64,000 bases of DNA from an uncultured delta proteobacterium (GCA_963848295.1 CAWKDB010000010.1:1280001-1344000); one strand, 5' to 3'. Positions 18,304 through 31,100 are shown, counted from the stretch's first letter. Notes: generated from the sequence alone by a model not told the origin. Numbers and translations are program-made.

Positions 18304-21078
18304 ATGAGCTCGCGCTTGATCTCGATCGCGCTGGTCGCCGCGTGCGGCAGCACCAAGCCGGTCGTCACCACACCGGCACCGAGCTCCGAGGCGCCACCAC
18401 CGGCGGTTGCCCGGACCGCGCCGAAACCTCTCGCGCTACCGACGAAGGTGCGCGAGGTCGAGGGCATCACCGAGTATCGCCTCGACAACGGCTTGCAGCT
18501 GCTCGTGCTCCCCGATCCGACGCAGTCGACCGTGACCGTCAACGTCACGTACCTCGTCGGCTCGCGGCTCGAGGGCTATGGCGAGACCGGGATGGCACAC
18601 CTGCTCGAGCACATGATGTTCAAGGGCTCGCCGAAGTATCGCAACGTGTTGAAGCTCATCGGCGATCGCGGCGGCATCGCGAACGGGTCGACGTCGTACG
18701 ACCGCACGAATTACTTCGAGACGTTGCCGGCGACGCAGGCCAACCTCGATTGGGCGCTCGAGCTCGAGGCCGATCGGATGGTCCACGCCGAGATCTCGCC
18801 GGAAGACCTCAAGACCGAGTTCTCGGTCGTGCGCAACGAGTTCGAGCAAAACGAGAATCAGCCGGCGGACATCCTCGACGAGCGCGTCGACGAGAGCGCG
18901 TTCCTCTGGCACAACTACGGCAAGCCGACGATCGGGTCGCGCGCGGATATCGAGCGCGTACCGGCGCCGGCGTTGCGCGCGTTCTACGAGAAGTTCTACC
19001 AACCCGACGACGCGGTGTTGATCGTCGCGGGCAAGGTCGACCCCGGCGCGGTGCTCGAAACCGTCGCGCGGACGTTCGGCGCGCTGGCCGAGCCGACCCG
19101 CGTTCTGCCGGCGACCTACACGATCGAGCCGGTGCAAGATGGCCCGCGCACGGTCGAGCTCCGCCGCACCGGCGATGACAAGATCGTCGAGCTCGCGTAC
19201 CACGTCGTCGCGGGCAGCGCTCCCGACTTCCCGGCGGTCGAGGCCGCGCTCGACATCCTGACTCGACAACCGACCGGCCGGCTGTACAAGAAGCTCGTCG
19301 AGCCGAAGCTCGCAGCGACGATCGACGCCACCGCGCCGCCGCTGCGCGATCCGTACCTCGCCGAGGTGATCGCCACCGTGCGCGACGCGAAGAACGTCGA
19401 CCAGGTCGAGCGAACGATGATCGCGGACGTCGAGGGCTTTGGTGCGACGAAGATCGACAAGCGCGAGCTCGAGCGCTGGCGCACCGCGACGCTCAAGGAG
19501 CTCGAGCTGTTGATGAACGATAGCTCGCAGCTCGCGATCGCGCTGTCCGATTACGCTGCCGAGGGCGACTGGCGCACGCTGTTCGCGTACCGCGATCAAG
19601 TCCAGAAGGTCACGGTCGCGGACGTCGCGCGCGTCGCCTCGAGCTACTTCAAGCCGTCGAACCGCACGGTCGGCCGGTTCATCCCGACCAAAGATCCGTC
19701 GCGCGCGCCGCTGACCGAGACGCCGAACGTCGCCGACATCGTCAAGGGCATCGCGTCCGGTGACGTCAAAGACCAGGGTGAGCGATTCGTCGCGTCACTC
19801 GAGAACATCGAGGCGCGCACGCAACGCGGCGCGCTCAAGTCGGGCGTGAAGACCGCGCTGCTCGCGAAGAAGACGCGAGGCGGCCGCGTCGAGCTCGTGC
19901 TCCAGTTGCACTGGGGTAGCGCCGCGGCGCTGCAGAACAAGGGCGCGATCGGCAGCCTGATGGCCGCACTGATGGCGCGCGGCACGACGAAGAAATCGTT
20001 TCAGCAGATCAGCGACCTCGAGGACAAGCTCGAGGCCGACATCTCGTTCGAGGGTGCAGTCGATGGCCTGACGGTTCACGTCGAGACCGAACGCGATCAG
20101 CTCGCCGGTGCGATCGCGCTCGTCGGTGAGATCCTGCGCTCGCCGGCGTTTGCGGACAAGGAGCTCGCCGTGCTGCGCGAGGAGCGGTTAGCCGAGCTCG
20201 AAGGCCAGCTGAAAGATCCGAACGCGATCGCCGGCATCGCGCTCGAACAGCTGGCCAACAAGTGGCCGAGCAGCGACCCGCGCTACGTCGCCATGCCGGC
20301 GGAGTCGATCGCCGACATCAAGCGCGTCACCGCCGGGGACATTCGCGAGCTCTATCGCGACTTCGTGTCGGGCGAGCACGGCGAGCTCGCGGTCGTCGGC
20401 GACTTCGTCCCCGCAGATGTCACCGCCGCGTTCGACGCGGTGCTGAGCGGGTGGAAGGCCAAGCAACCGTACATGCGACTCGCGAACAAGACCTGGGATG
20501 TGCCCGGTGCTCGGAAGTCGATCGACATCAAGGACAAGGCGGAGACCGCGGTCGCGTTCGGCGAACAGCTCGCGCTACGCGATACCAGCCCGGACTTCGC
20601 GCCTCTCGAGATGATGTCGCGCATCCTCGGCGGCGATGCCGGCTCGCGGATGTGGATGCGGCTGCGCGAGCACGAGGGCCTATCGTATGGCGTCGGCTGT
20701 CAGGTCGTGGCGAGCGCGTTGGACGACTTCGGCTGGTTCAGCGGGTTCGCGATCGTCGCGCCGCAGAATCTGTCGAAGGCGAAGACCTCGCTCCTCGACG
20801 AGATCCAGAAGATCGCGAACGGCGTCGACGACAAGGAGCTGCAGCGGGTCAAGGCGGCGTGGAGCAAGGAGCTCGACACCGACCTGTCCAGCGACGACGT
20901 GGTCACGACCCTGCTCGCGCATCAGGCGTTCCGCGGCCGGACGATGGGCTACGAGGAGCAGCTGCGCACGAAGATCAACGCGGTCACGACCGCCGACGTC
21001 CAGCGCGTGGCGAAGCAGTTCTTGGTGCCGGGCAAGCTGTTGCTGGTCGACGCCGGCGACGTCGCGAAGAGCAAGTAG
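18304..21078 (+). CDS. M16 (pitrilysin/PqqL-like) zinc protease, lipoprotein
   Basis: LVAAC lipobox; GMAHLLEHMMFKGS (HxxEH), NGSTSYDRTNYFE; LREHEGLSYG in the second half. Confidence 0.95.
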   Translation: MSSRLISIALVAACGSTKPVVTTPAPSSEAPPPAVARTAPKPLALPTKVREVEGITEYRLDNGLQLLVLPDPTQSTVTVNVTYLVGSRLEGYGETGMAHLLEHMMFKGSPKYRNVLKLIGDRGGIANGSTSYDRTNYFETLPATQANLDWALELEADRMVHAEISPEDLKTEFSVVRNEFEQNENQPADILDERVDESAFLWHNYGKPTIGSRADIERVPAPALRAFYEKFYQPDDAVLIVAGKVDPGAVLETVARTFGALAEPTRVLPATYTIEPVQDGPRTVELRRTGDDKIVELAYHVVAGSAPDFPAVEAALDILTRQPTGRLYKKLVEPKLAATIDATAPPLRDPYLAEVIATVRDAKNVDQVERTMIADVEGFGATKIDKRELERWRTATLKELELLMNDSSQLAIALSDYAAEGDWRTLFAYRDQVQKVTVADVARVASSYFKPSNRTVGRFIPTKDPSRAPLTETPNVADIVKGIASGDVKDQGERFVASLENIEARTQRGALKSGVKTALLAKKTRGGRVELVLQLHWGSAAALQNKGAIGSLMAALMARGTTKKSFQQISDLEDKLEADISFEGAVDGLTVHVETERDQLAGAIALVGEILRSPAFADKELAVLREERLAELEGQLKDPNAIAGIALEQLANKWPSSDPRYVAMPAESIADIKRVTAGDIRELYRDFVSGEHGELAVVGDFVPADVTAAFDAVLSGWKAKQPYMRLANKTWDVPGARKSIDIKDKAETAVAFGEQLALRDTSPDFAPLEMMSRILGGDAGSRMWMRLREHEGLSYGVGCQVVASALDDFGWFSGFAIVAPQNLSKAKTSLLDEIQKIANGVDDKELQRVKAAWSKELDTDLSSDDVVTTLLAHQAFRGRTMGYEEQLRTKINAVTTADVQRVAKQFLVPGKLLLVDAGDVAKSK

Positions 21079-21081
21079 CAC

Positions 21082-22065
21082 CTACCAGGCGTAGGTCTTC
21101 CAGAACGTCCACTCGAGCTGCGTCGCGCTCGCGTAGCCCGGGCACGCGTAGATGCCGGCGCTCGCCGGACCGCCGGCCCAGCAGTGACCCATGCCGGTCA
21201 GCGTGCACAGCGCGACCTGTCCGTCGGCCGGACAGCCGTCGTAGTACGCGCAGCTGCCCATCGCGACCGGCATCGTCGTCGTCGTCGTGCCACAGCCGTT
21301 CTTCTGCGCCCACATCGTCGCCGACGCGGTGTAGCCCGCCGGCGTGTTACCGGCCGGATCGTCGCAACCCTCGGGCACGACCGGATCCGCGGTGCCGTGG
21401 AAGATGATGATCGGCTTGTGGCCGGTCGGACACGCCGACAGATCGTGTGTCCCGCCGGAGTGCGGAGCGACCGAGCGGATGTCGTCGCGCATACAGCCGG
21501 TGTGATGCGAGAAGTAGCCGCCCATCGAGAACCCGGTGACGAACTCGTGATCGGTGTCGAGGCACTGGTCCTGCCAGACGTCCGCCTTCATCGCATCGAG
21601 GAATGCGAAGTCGTCGCCGGTCGCATCGGGCGGCGCGCCGAGCGAGTCCGGGCACACATTCGCGCCGACGTTCCACGGTGCGCCGAGCGAATCGGGACCG
21701 CCCTGGCCGTCGGGGAACACGACCGCGATGTGCTCGCTGTCGGCGAGCTCGGAGTACTGCGTGATGTCGAACATCTCGGACCCTGACATCGTGTAGCCGT
21801 GGAACACCGCGACGAACGGGATCGGCGTCGCCGGATCGACCGACGGCGGCAAGTAGACCGTGTAGGTGCGGTCGAGGCCGGCCGCGGTCACGGTGCGCGC
21901 GGTCTTGCCGCGCATGCCGGAGCGCGTGCCGCACGGGCCGGTCAGCGGCGGTGCGTCGACGAGCGGCGGCGCGTCGCTTGCCTTCGCGGGCGCGTCGTCG
22001 CCGACCCCGCCGCCGTGCGAGCCGCAGGCTGCAAGCGCGAGCGCGAACGCGAGGCGGCGCACCAT
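21082..22065 (-). CDS. PHB depolymerase/LpqC-like esterase lipoprotein
   Basis: VFHGYT, VTGFSMGG nucleophile, FHGTADPVVP, GMGHCW; LAAC lipobox. Confidence 0.88.
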   Translation of the reverse strand: MVRRLAFALALAACGSHGGGVGDDAPAKASDAPPLVDAPPLTGPCGTRSGMRGKTARTVTAAGLDRTYTVYLPPSVDPATPIPFVAVFHGYTMSGSEMFDITQYSELADSEHIAVVFPDGQGGPDSLGAPWNVGANVCPDSLGAPPDATGDDFAFLDAMKADVWQDQCLDTDHEFVTGFSMGGYFSHHTGCMRDDIRSVAPHSGGTHDLSACPTGHKPIIIFHGTADPVVPEGCDDPAGNTPAGYTASATMWAQKNGCGTTTTTMPVAMGSCAYYDGCPADGQVALCTLTGMGHCWAGGPASAGIYACPGYASATQLEWTFWKTYAW

Positions 22066-22113
22066 CGCGCCGAGTCTAGCCCGACCGGTCCACCGACAGG
22101 GCGAAAACGTCCG

Positions 22114-23076
22114 TTAGCGCTCGTGAAACACCGCGTCGACGATCGCCTCGAGCTCGGGGTTCGCGTCGAGCCAGGTGCGATCCGCGACGAGCCGAGCGGC
22201 GAGCGCCGCGCGATCGTCGAACCGCTCCGCGCGCGTGAACGCATCGAACAGGAGGACCGCCGCGTGCGCCGCGAGCTCGGTCTCGGGTTGGTCGGCGATG
22301 ACCGAGCGCAGGTTCGCGATCGAGTTGTCGACGTCATGAAACCGCAGCTCGAGCGCCGCCTCGAGGTACGTCATGCCGACGAGCTCGGGCGACGACTTGC
22401 CGTGCAACGTGGCGGCATAGGTGTGAAACGCGGCGATCAAGTCCGCGGCATGCTCGGGCAACGGCAACGCGACCGCGTAGCGCAGCCCCGAGTCGTCGTC
22501 GCGAGCGTCGTGCTCCGGGTCGGCCTCCCAGATCGCTTTGCGCGCGAGGACCGCGGCGTAGGCGGCCTCGGTGAGGTCGGCCGGCGACACCTTGCCGCGA
22601 GCGACGACCGAGTCGAACACGATCGCAGCGCTGCGATAGCTCGTGACCGCCGCGTCGCCCTGCTCGGCTTCGGCGCGCGCGTACCACAGGTCGGCGAGGT
22701 AGAGCTCGTCGCGGGCTGCGGTCGGCGCATCGGGCTGCGCCATCAGCTCGAGTCGATAGCCGTCGTCGGCGGCGGTGAAGTCGCTAGCGTCCTTCGCGGC
22801 GGCCCAGGCTGCGTGCTTATGCCGTGCGAGGTCGCTCGCGAACACCGCGACCGCGTCGCGGCACTTGTCGTCGGAGGCGAGCCCGCGCACGAGCTCGCGC
22901 GCGCGGTCATCGGTCGCGCTCTTGACGATTGCGGTGCGGCGCTCGCCGGCCAGGCTCGCCAGCTCGGCGGTGCCGTGCTCGCAGCGCTGCGGATCGCGAG
23001 CGGACTCACTCGCCACCGGCGCCGGGCGAGCGCCGCCGCAAGCCGTGAGTGCAACGACGATCGCGATCGCTCTCAC
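22114..23076 (-). CDS. Helical/TPR-like lipoprotein
   Basis: GTG start, VALTAC lipobox; Ala-rich helical repeats (ELYLADLWY, MTYLEA). Confidence 0.65.
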   Translation of the reverse strand: MRAIAIVVALTACGGARPAPVASESARDPQRCEHGTAELASLAGERRTAIVKSATDDRARELVRGLASDDKCRDAVAVFASDLARHKHAAWAAAKDASDFTAADDGYRLELMAQPDAPTAARDELYLADLWYARAEAEQGDAAVTSYRSAAIVFDSVVARGKVSPADLTEAAYAAVLARKAIWEADPEHDARDDDSGLRYAVALPLPEHAADLIAAFHTYAATLHGKSSPELVGMTYLEAALELRFHDVDNSIANLRSVIADQPETELAAHAAVLLFDAFTRAERFDDRAALAARLVADRTWLDANPELEAIVDAVFHER

Positions 23077-23133
23077 GCTGTCGAGCCTCGCAGCTTTCGC
23101 GCGCCGCGCATCCGCTCGCCGAATAAGAACGTG

Positions 23134-23850
23134 TTAAACAACGGTCGCGCGCGGGACATCGGGGCGCAGCCTCCGGATCACGCGATGGCCGTCGCGCTCG
23201 AATCGCGAGCCGAGCAAGCTGCGGACGTCCGCGAGCAACAGCTCGTCCGGCGGTTGCGCGAGCCGCCAGCGCATCGCCAGGTCGTGCTCGCGCTCGAGCC
23301 GTTCGCGCATCGCCTCGGGCGTCGTGATCGCGACGAGCTCGGCGTCGCCACAGAACGCGCGATGGCGCTGGATCGCTCGAGAGGTCGGGGTGAGCGCGTC
23401 GAGGCTCTGGCGATGCCAGCTCGGCGGCTCGGCAAACCCGGGGCCGGCGCGCAGCGTCTGGAACACGGCGTCGCTCGTGTACGACACGAGTAAGACCCGC
23501 GCCGGCGCTCGATACCGCGCGGAGCCGAACACGAACGCGAGCATCGTGCCCACCGGGTCGACGTAGATCCGCACGACATTCCACGCCGAGCCGCCTTCGG
23601 GCACGCCGACGAGATCGACGAGCAGGGTGAAGCCGTTGGCGACCAGCACGTCGCACGCCGGTGCAGCGCGCACGGGTCGGACGACATCGTCGTCGCTCGG
23701 CCACGCGACGCGGTAGCGCATCGGCCGCTCGAGGATGTCGCGCGACCGCCGCACGCTGTCGATCGAGATCCGAATCGCGCGCGCTCGCGCGTGGGCGCGG
23801 ACCGCGATGAACGCGCCCGCGACCGACAGCATGATGACGCCGGCGACCAC
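23134..23850 (-). CDS. Hypothetical protein with N-terminal membrane anchor
   Basis: Coding-like part of the 23134..24201 ORF downstream of pckA; VVAGVIMLSVAGAFIAV hydrophobic start; ends PRATVV. Confidence 0.6.
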   Translation of the reverse strand: MVAGVIMLSVAGAFIAVRAHARARAIRISIDSVRRSRDILERPMRYRVAWPSDDDVVRPVRAAPACDVLVANGFTLLVDLVGVPEGGSAWNVVRIYVDPVGTMLAFVFGSARYRAPARVLLVSYTSDAVFQTLRAGPGFAEPPSWHRQSLDALTPTSRAIQRHRAFCGDAELVAITTPEAMRERLEREHDLAMRWRLAQPPDELLLADVRSLLGSRFERDGHRVIRRLRPDVPRATVV

Positions 23851-23866
23851 GCGCGAGCTCCAGGAT

Positions 23867-25447
<1,581 letters not shown>

Positions 25448-25531
25448 GGCGCCAGGTATACACCAAGCCCTCCGGCCGCTCGCGGGCGAGTTTCGGCACG
25501 ATGCCGCCGCCGGCGCCAACAAGACGGAAAT

Positions 25532-26011
25532 TCAGCCGACCCAACGGATGGCGAGCGAGCGCAGCTCGTCGGCCGTTCCGGGCGCGACGACCGCGTCGAT
25601 CCCGAGCATCGTCTTGAGTCGCTCGGGCACCATGCCGCGCGCGATGGCGATCACGCCACCACGGTAGCCACCCCACCTCGCCGACGTCAACGCGCTTTGC
25701 TCCGCGCTGCCGAGAGCATCGAGCTCCGCGATCACGAGCGAGACGCTCGGCCGCGCCCCGGGCATCAAGCTCGCTCCGATGTGCCGGGTCGACAGCGCGC
25801 GCAGCGGCTCGATCCCGGCGGCGCGCAGCTCGCTCGCGGCCCAGGCTGCGACATCTGGCCGCGGGGTCCACAGCAGCGCCTTCTTCGCCGCCGACGCGAG
25901 CACTGACAAGCCGGGCGAATACCCGGCGCGATGCTCCGCCGAAGGCGGAGCGGAGTTCGTCGACAGGTGGCCGCGTGGGTCGAGCATCTTGAGCAGGCGC
26001 TGCGACGGCAT
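25532..26011 (-). CDS. Hypothetical protein, possible degenerate receiver-like alpha/beta domain
   Basis: Pattern KALLW..ELRAAGIE..SLVIAELD..GVIAIA..LGIDAVV resembles a receiver fold without the canonical acidic pocket; start uncertain. Confidence 0.45.
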   Translation of the reverse strand: MPSQRLLKMLDPRGHLSTNSAPPSAEHRAGYSPGLSVLASAAKKALLWTPRPDVAAWAASELRAAGIEPLRALSTRHIGASLMPGARPSVSLVIAELDALGSAEQSALTSARWGGYRGGVIAIARGMVPERLKTMLGIDAVVAPGTADELRSLAIRWVG

Positions 26012-26083
26012 GATCACCGGTTCGACCGGGCTCGGAGCGAATCCACCCCTAGATTTCGCACGGTAACGGCCGATACCTGGACC

Positions 26084-27268
26084 ATGGCGAACGAGGTCGT
26101 GCTCGGCATCGACTTCGGTACGAGTTACACGTCGGCAGGCGCGCTCGTCGCCGATCGCGTCGAGCTCGTGCAAGACAGCGGCGATACGGTCGTGCCGTCG
26201 GTGGTCTACGTGCCTCCGCGCGGCGGGATGGAGGTCGGTCGGCTCGCGTCGATGCGCCAGATGACCGATCCGGCCGGCGTCGTGCGCTCGATCAAGCGCT
26301 TGCTCGGAGTCGCGGCCGGATCTCCCGAGGCCAAGCGCTACGCCGTGAGTGCGCCGTTTCGGATCGATAGCGCAGGTGAGCGCATCGCGTTGGCGTTGCG
26401 CAGTGGCCCGTGCGCGCCCGAACAGATCGCCGGGGCGATCCTCACGCACATCCGCGGGCTCGCGGAGCGGCGGTTCGGTGGTCGCGTGACGAAGGCCGTG
26501 ATCACGATGTGCGCGTGCCCGCCGATCGGCTATCGCGATGCGATCACGCGCGCCGCGAAGATCGCCGGGCTCGAGGTGCTCGAGGTCGTGGCCGAGCCGG
26601 TCGCCGGTGCGCTCGCGCTCGGGCTGCACGGTGAAGCGACCGAGCGCAAGCTGCTGGTCTGCGACTTCGGCGGCGGCACGTTCGACGTCTCCGCGGTCGT
26701 GCAATCCGGCCTGAAGTTCACTGCGGTCGCGACGTTCGGCGACCCGTACCTCGGCGGCGACGATCTGGATGCGGCGCTCGCCGAGGGCGTCGCCGGCATG
26801 GTCGTGCGCGCGACCGGCTACGACATGCACAAGGACGCCGTGCGCTGGGGTGAGCTCGCGATGCGGTGCGAAGCCGCAAAGCGCCAGCTATCGACCGCAC
26901 ACGCCGCGCCGCTGACGATGCGCGACGCGTGCCTCCACGCCGGCGCGGCGCGCGATGTCGAAGTCATCCTCGATCGCGCATGGGCCGAGGCCCAATGGGA
27001 AGAGTTGTTCGATCGTGCGCGCAGCGTGATCGACGAGACGCTGCGGCGCGCGACCTGGTCCGCTGCCGAGGTCGATCGCGTCGCGCTGATCGGCGGCTCG
27101 TCGCTCGTCCCGCGGTTCCGCAAGATACTCGGCGAGATGGTCGCGCCCGATCGCGTGATCGCGGCGCGCGATGCCGAGGTCGCGGTCGCGGTCGGCGCGA
27201 CGCTGTTGACCGCGCGGTTCGCCTCCGAGCGCCGGCCGGTACCGGTGCCCGAGCTCGTCATGGCCTAG
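26084..27268 (+). CDS. Hsp70-family protein, ATPase domain only
   Basis: LGIDFGTSYT, VPSVV, EPVAGALA, DFGGGTFDVS, LGGDDLD, EAAKRQLS, IGGSSLVP; ends right after the NBD (394 aa). Confidence 0.88.
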   Translation: MANEVVLGIDFGTSYTSAGALVADRVELVQDSGDTVVPSVVYVPPRGGMEVGRLASMRQMTDPAGVVRSIKRLLGVAAGSPEAKRYAVSAPFRIDSAGERIALALRSGPCAPEQIAGAILTHIRGLAERRFGGRVTKAVITMCACPPIGYRDAITRAAKIAGLEVLEVVAEPVAGALALGLHGEATERKLLVCDFGGGTFDVSAVVQSGLKFTAVATFGDPYLGGDDLDAALAEGVAGMVVRATGYDMHKDAVRWGELAMRCEAAKRQLSTAHAAPLTMRDACLHAGAARDVEVILDRAWAEAQWEELFDRARSVIDETLRRATWSAAEVDRVALIGGSSLVPRFRKILGEMVAPDRVIAARDAEVAVAVGATLLTARFASERRPVPVPELVMA

Positions 27269-27273
27269 GTCTT

Positions 27274-28125
27274 TCATGGCGCAGTCCGAGACCCGAGTGC
27301 GAAGTTGGTCAGCCCTGCACGCTGCCCGCGGCCCAAGACCCCGACGACATCGCCGACGCGTGCCTTCGGGTCAACGCTCGCGACGAGCTCGGTGTGGAGA
27401 TCGCGCGCCGCGGCGGCGCGCAACAGGGCGTCGAGCTCGGTGTCGGCGACCACCTTGCCCCCCACGACGACCTCGCCCTTTGGCCCGATGTCGATCACGA
27501 GGTTCGGCGCCGTCGACGCTCCGCTCGTCGCCCGGGCGCGCGCGAGCCGGATCAGGTGCGCGGCATCGGTACCGAACGCCAAGCGTGCGAGTCCCACGTT
27601 CTTGCCTGCTTCGAGCAGCGCGACGAGGCTCTGAACCGGCACCGCCGGATCGGCGACGATCGAGAGCTCCGTCTCGGGATCGCGCATCGCCGTTGCTCTC
27701 AAGCGAAGCTCGAGATCGGCATCCCCTGTGGTCTGCGCAGGCGCGCCGCGGTCGCTCGCGGTCACGCCGCCGGTGGCCGAGAGCGTCAGCACGAGCTCGG
27801 ACGCCTCCTGCGCGACCGGACGCCGGGGCGGGTAGGTCCTGTCCATCCAGTCGAGCGTCGGGCACGACTTCACCCCGATCCGATCGACGATCGAATGAAG
27901 TGACCGGAGCAGGTGCGACGGGTCATCACCGGGCCCGGTGTGCGCGAACGCGTCGCGCAACTCCGTCGATTGGATCCGAGTCGCGATGTATTGGGAGAGG
28001 TCGCTGATTCGTTCCGGCCGACCGTTGGCCTCCCACGCCCCGCAGAACATCGCGACGTCATCGGCCAGCAGCGCATCGCGGCCCGAACAGGCCGCGACGG
28101 CGATCACGAGCCAGGCGAGCTTCAT
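27274..28125 (-). CDS. Lipoprotein with tandem ExbD/TolR-like periplasmic domains
   Basis: MKLAWLVIAVAAC; two ExbD-like units (LSIVADPAVPVQSLVALLEAGKNVGLARLAF; LVASVDPKARVGDVVGVLGRGQRAGLTNFAL). Confidence 0.7.
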   Translation of the reverse strand: MKLAWLVIAVAACSGRDALLADDVAMFCGAWEANGRPERISDLSQYIATRIQSTELRDAFAHTGPGDDPSHLLRSLHSIVDRIGVKSCPTLDWMDRTYPPRRPVAQEASELVLTLSATGGVTASDRGAPAQTTGDADLELRLRATAMRDPETELSIVADPAVPVQSLVALLEAGKNVGLARLAFGTDAAHLIRLARARATSGASTAPNLVIDIGPKGEVVVGGKVVADTELDALLRAAAARDLHTELVASVDPKARVGDVVGVLGRGQRAGLTNFALGSRTAP

Positions 28126-28148
28126 CGCGCTGATGCTGACACGGATCG

Positions 28149-31100
28149 TTACGGCGTGTTCGCGGTGCCCGGGGTCGGCACGGTACAGAAGATCCAGTCC
28201 GCGTTCGCGTTGTCGGTATCCTGGCCGTTCGGCTGGCGACACAACGAGCCGGTCACGGTGTTCGAGTCGGCGACGCTGGTCGCGAGCGCGGTGCCCTCGA
28301 CGAGCGACACCGGGGTCGCGAAGCCGGTGAGCTGCGCCATCGTGATCGACCCCTCGTACGACAGCGCATCGATCACGGTCGGTCCCGACGTGTCGACGAG
28401 CGCGATGCCGTCCGGCGAGCCGTTCTGGACCTCGTTCGAGGTCCAACCCGGATCGTACTTCACCGCGGGGGCCATCACGTTGACCATCGAGCCCGCGACC
28501 ACGAGGTAGCCGTGGCTCGGGATCGAACCGACCGACGACAGATCGACCGTCGAGTACACCGTGCTGTCGGCGCCGTTGACGAGCATGATCACCGTCGTCG
28601 CGAGGCTCTTCGTCGTCGCGGACGGGTTGTAGATCTCGATGAACTCCGCGGTGTCGGTCCCGATCTGATCGTAGTCGACCTCGTTGATCACGAGATGATC
28701 GGCGCCCGTCGAGACCGTGACGGTCGCGGTGCCCGACGTCAGCCCCGCGCTGCTCGCGGTGATCGTCGCGCTGCCGCTCGCCGCGGTGTCGGTGTAGGTG
28801 AACGTGCCCGAGATCTGGTTCGCGGCGATCAGCACCGACGTCGGCGTGAACGTGCCCGAGGCCGGTGCCACGCCGAGCGCGATCGTCGTCGCGACGGCGG
28901 CGGGAACGTCGAGCGAGACGACGAACGGCACCGTGCCGCCGACCGCCACCGCGGTGTCGCTCGGGGTCAACGTGATCGCGGTCGGCAGTTGCGCCGCGCC
29001 GAGCACTTGCACCGTCGCGGTTTGCATCCCGCCGCCGGTCGCGAGCTGCGCGGTGATCGTGACGGCGGCCGACTGGGCGACCGCGGTCACCGGCACGGGC
29101 GCGCTCGTCGCGCCATCCGGGATCGTGACGTTCGCGACGGTGAGCTTCGTGCCGTCGCTCGACATCAAGTTGACGACCGTCGCGCCCTGCGCCGGACCCG
29201 TGAGGTTAACGGTCAGCGGGGTCGGATACGTCGGCAGGTCGATCGTCATCCCGACCTTCGCGAAGCTGACCGCGGGCGTCATCGCGGCGAGCCCGGGCGC
29301 GCCGAGCACGAGATCCGCGGCGTTGCGCGGCTCGATCTTCGATTGCGACGAGCGCTCGGCGAGGATGCCGGTCACCGTGGCGTAGTTCTGGCCGACCGTC
29401 GGGTTCGCGGCGTACAGCAGATCGTTCATCAGGATCGTCGTCGCCGACCCCGCATCGGTCAACGTCGCGTCACCGGTCGCGGCGTTGAACGCGGTGACCG
29501 TCGAGCCACCGAGCGAGACGATGACGCCTTCGAGCGCCGCCGCGCGCGTGCCCCCGGTCGTGGCGTCGGTGTAGCTCACCGCGACCGGATCCGGCGCGGC
29601 TTCGGGACCGACCGCATCGACCGTCACGGCCGTCACCGCGTCGAGCTCGGTCTCGCCGCCGAACACGTCGACCGAGCCGGCGATGTCGACGCGCGCGCCG
29701 ATCGTGGCGTTCGCGAGCGTCGGCGCCCCGGTGCCGCAGTAGACGAAGATGCCGGAGTTGTCCGACCCGGTGTAGCCGGTGTCGCCGGCCTTGACCTGCG
29801 CGAAGAAACCGTTCGTGCCCACGCCGGTCACGATCGCGTTCTGCACGACTACGACGGTGCCGACCGAGACCATCGCGCTCTTGATCGCGTAGATCGTCTC
29901 CGGGCAACCCTGGTTGCCGGGATTCGCGACCGTGGGACACGCATCGCACGCATCGCCCTTGCCATCGCCATCGGTGTCGGTCTGGTCGGGGTTCGCGACG
30001 TCGGGGCAGTTGTCGACCGAGTTCGCGATGCCGTCATGATCGCGGTCGTTCGGGTCGACCGGCGTGCACGACGTGGTGTTCGCGTCGAGCGGGCACGGAT
30101 CGCACGCATCGCCCACGCCATCGCCGTCGGCGTCGCCTTGCACCCCGTTATCCATCGGCCGGATCGGGTTGAACACGCTCGGACAGTTGTCGGTCGCGTC
30201 GGGTACGCCGTCGCCGTCGCTGTCGGTCGCACTCGTCGTGCCGTCGTAGACCGACGAGCCGTTGACCGCCGTCGGCCGCTTCGGGGTGCACGACGGCTCG
30301 TTCGCCGGCGTCGCATCGCACGAGAACGTCGGATAGATCGATGCACCGACCGACGTGGTCAACGCCGCCAGGTTCTTGCCGACTTCGCTCGTCAAGCACA
30401 CCTGCTTCGAGGTGCCGCATACGTCGAGCGTGTCGCAGCCGGTCGACAACGTGCCGAGCAGATTCGCATCGCCGTACAGCGCCTTGCCGCCGCGCAGGAC
30501 GAGCACGACGTCGGCCGGCTGTGCTTCGATCACCGCGCGGTACGGCGCCTTGCCGTGCGCCGCGAAGATCGTGATATCGGCGGTCTTGCCCTTCGCGAGC
30601 AGGCCGATCGTGTCGTCCATCTTCGTGATCGCGGCCGCGTTCGCGGTCACCATCTGCCACAGCTGCTCGTCGCTGAAGTACGAGCCGAGGCGCGTCTGGT
30701 TGAAGCTGTCGGCACACGTCAGCTCGCGCAGCAGGTTCATCGAGCCCGACGGCATCCAGTCGGTGCCGAGCGCGATGTTGATGCCGAGCCTCGCGGCGAC
30801 CGTGACGCGCGCGGTGTCACCGTACAACGTGAGGTTCGAGCGCGGCGACCAGATCAGGCCGGTGCCGGCCGCGGCCATCGCGCCGTAGTCGGCCGGGTTG
30901 AGCCCGACGCCGTGGATGATCGCGGTCTTCGACAGCACCAGGTCATCGGACACGCCGGGTGCGGTCGAGTCGTACGTCGTCGAGCTCTCGCACAAGAACT
31001 CGTTGTGCGCGGTGGTATCGACGCCTTCCGCGGTGTGCGGCTCGTACGCGTCGACATCGGCGAGCGATGCGGCGGTCGTCGGCGTTCCGCCGTAGTTGCA

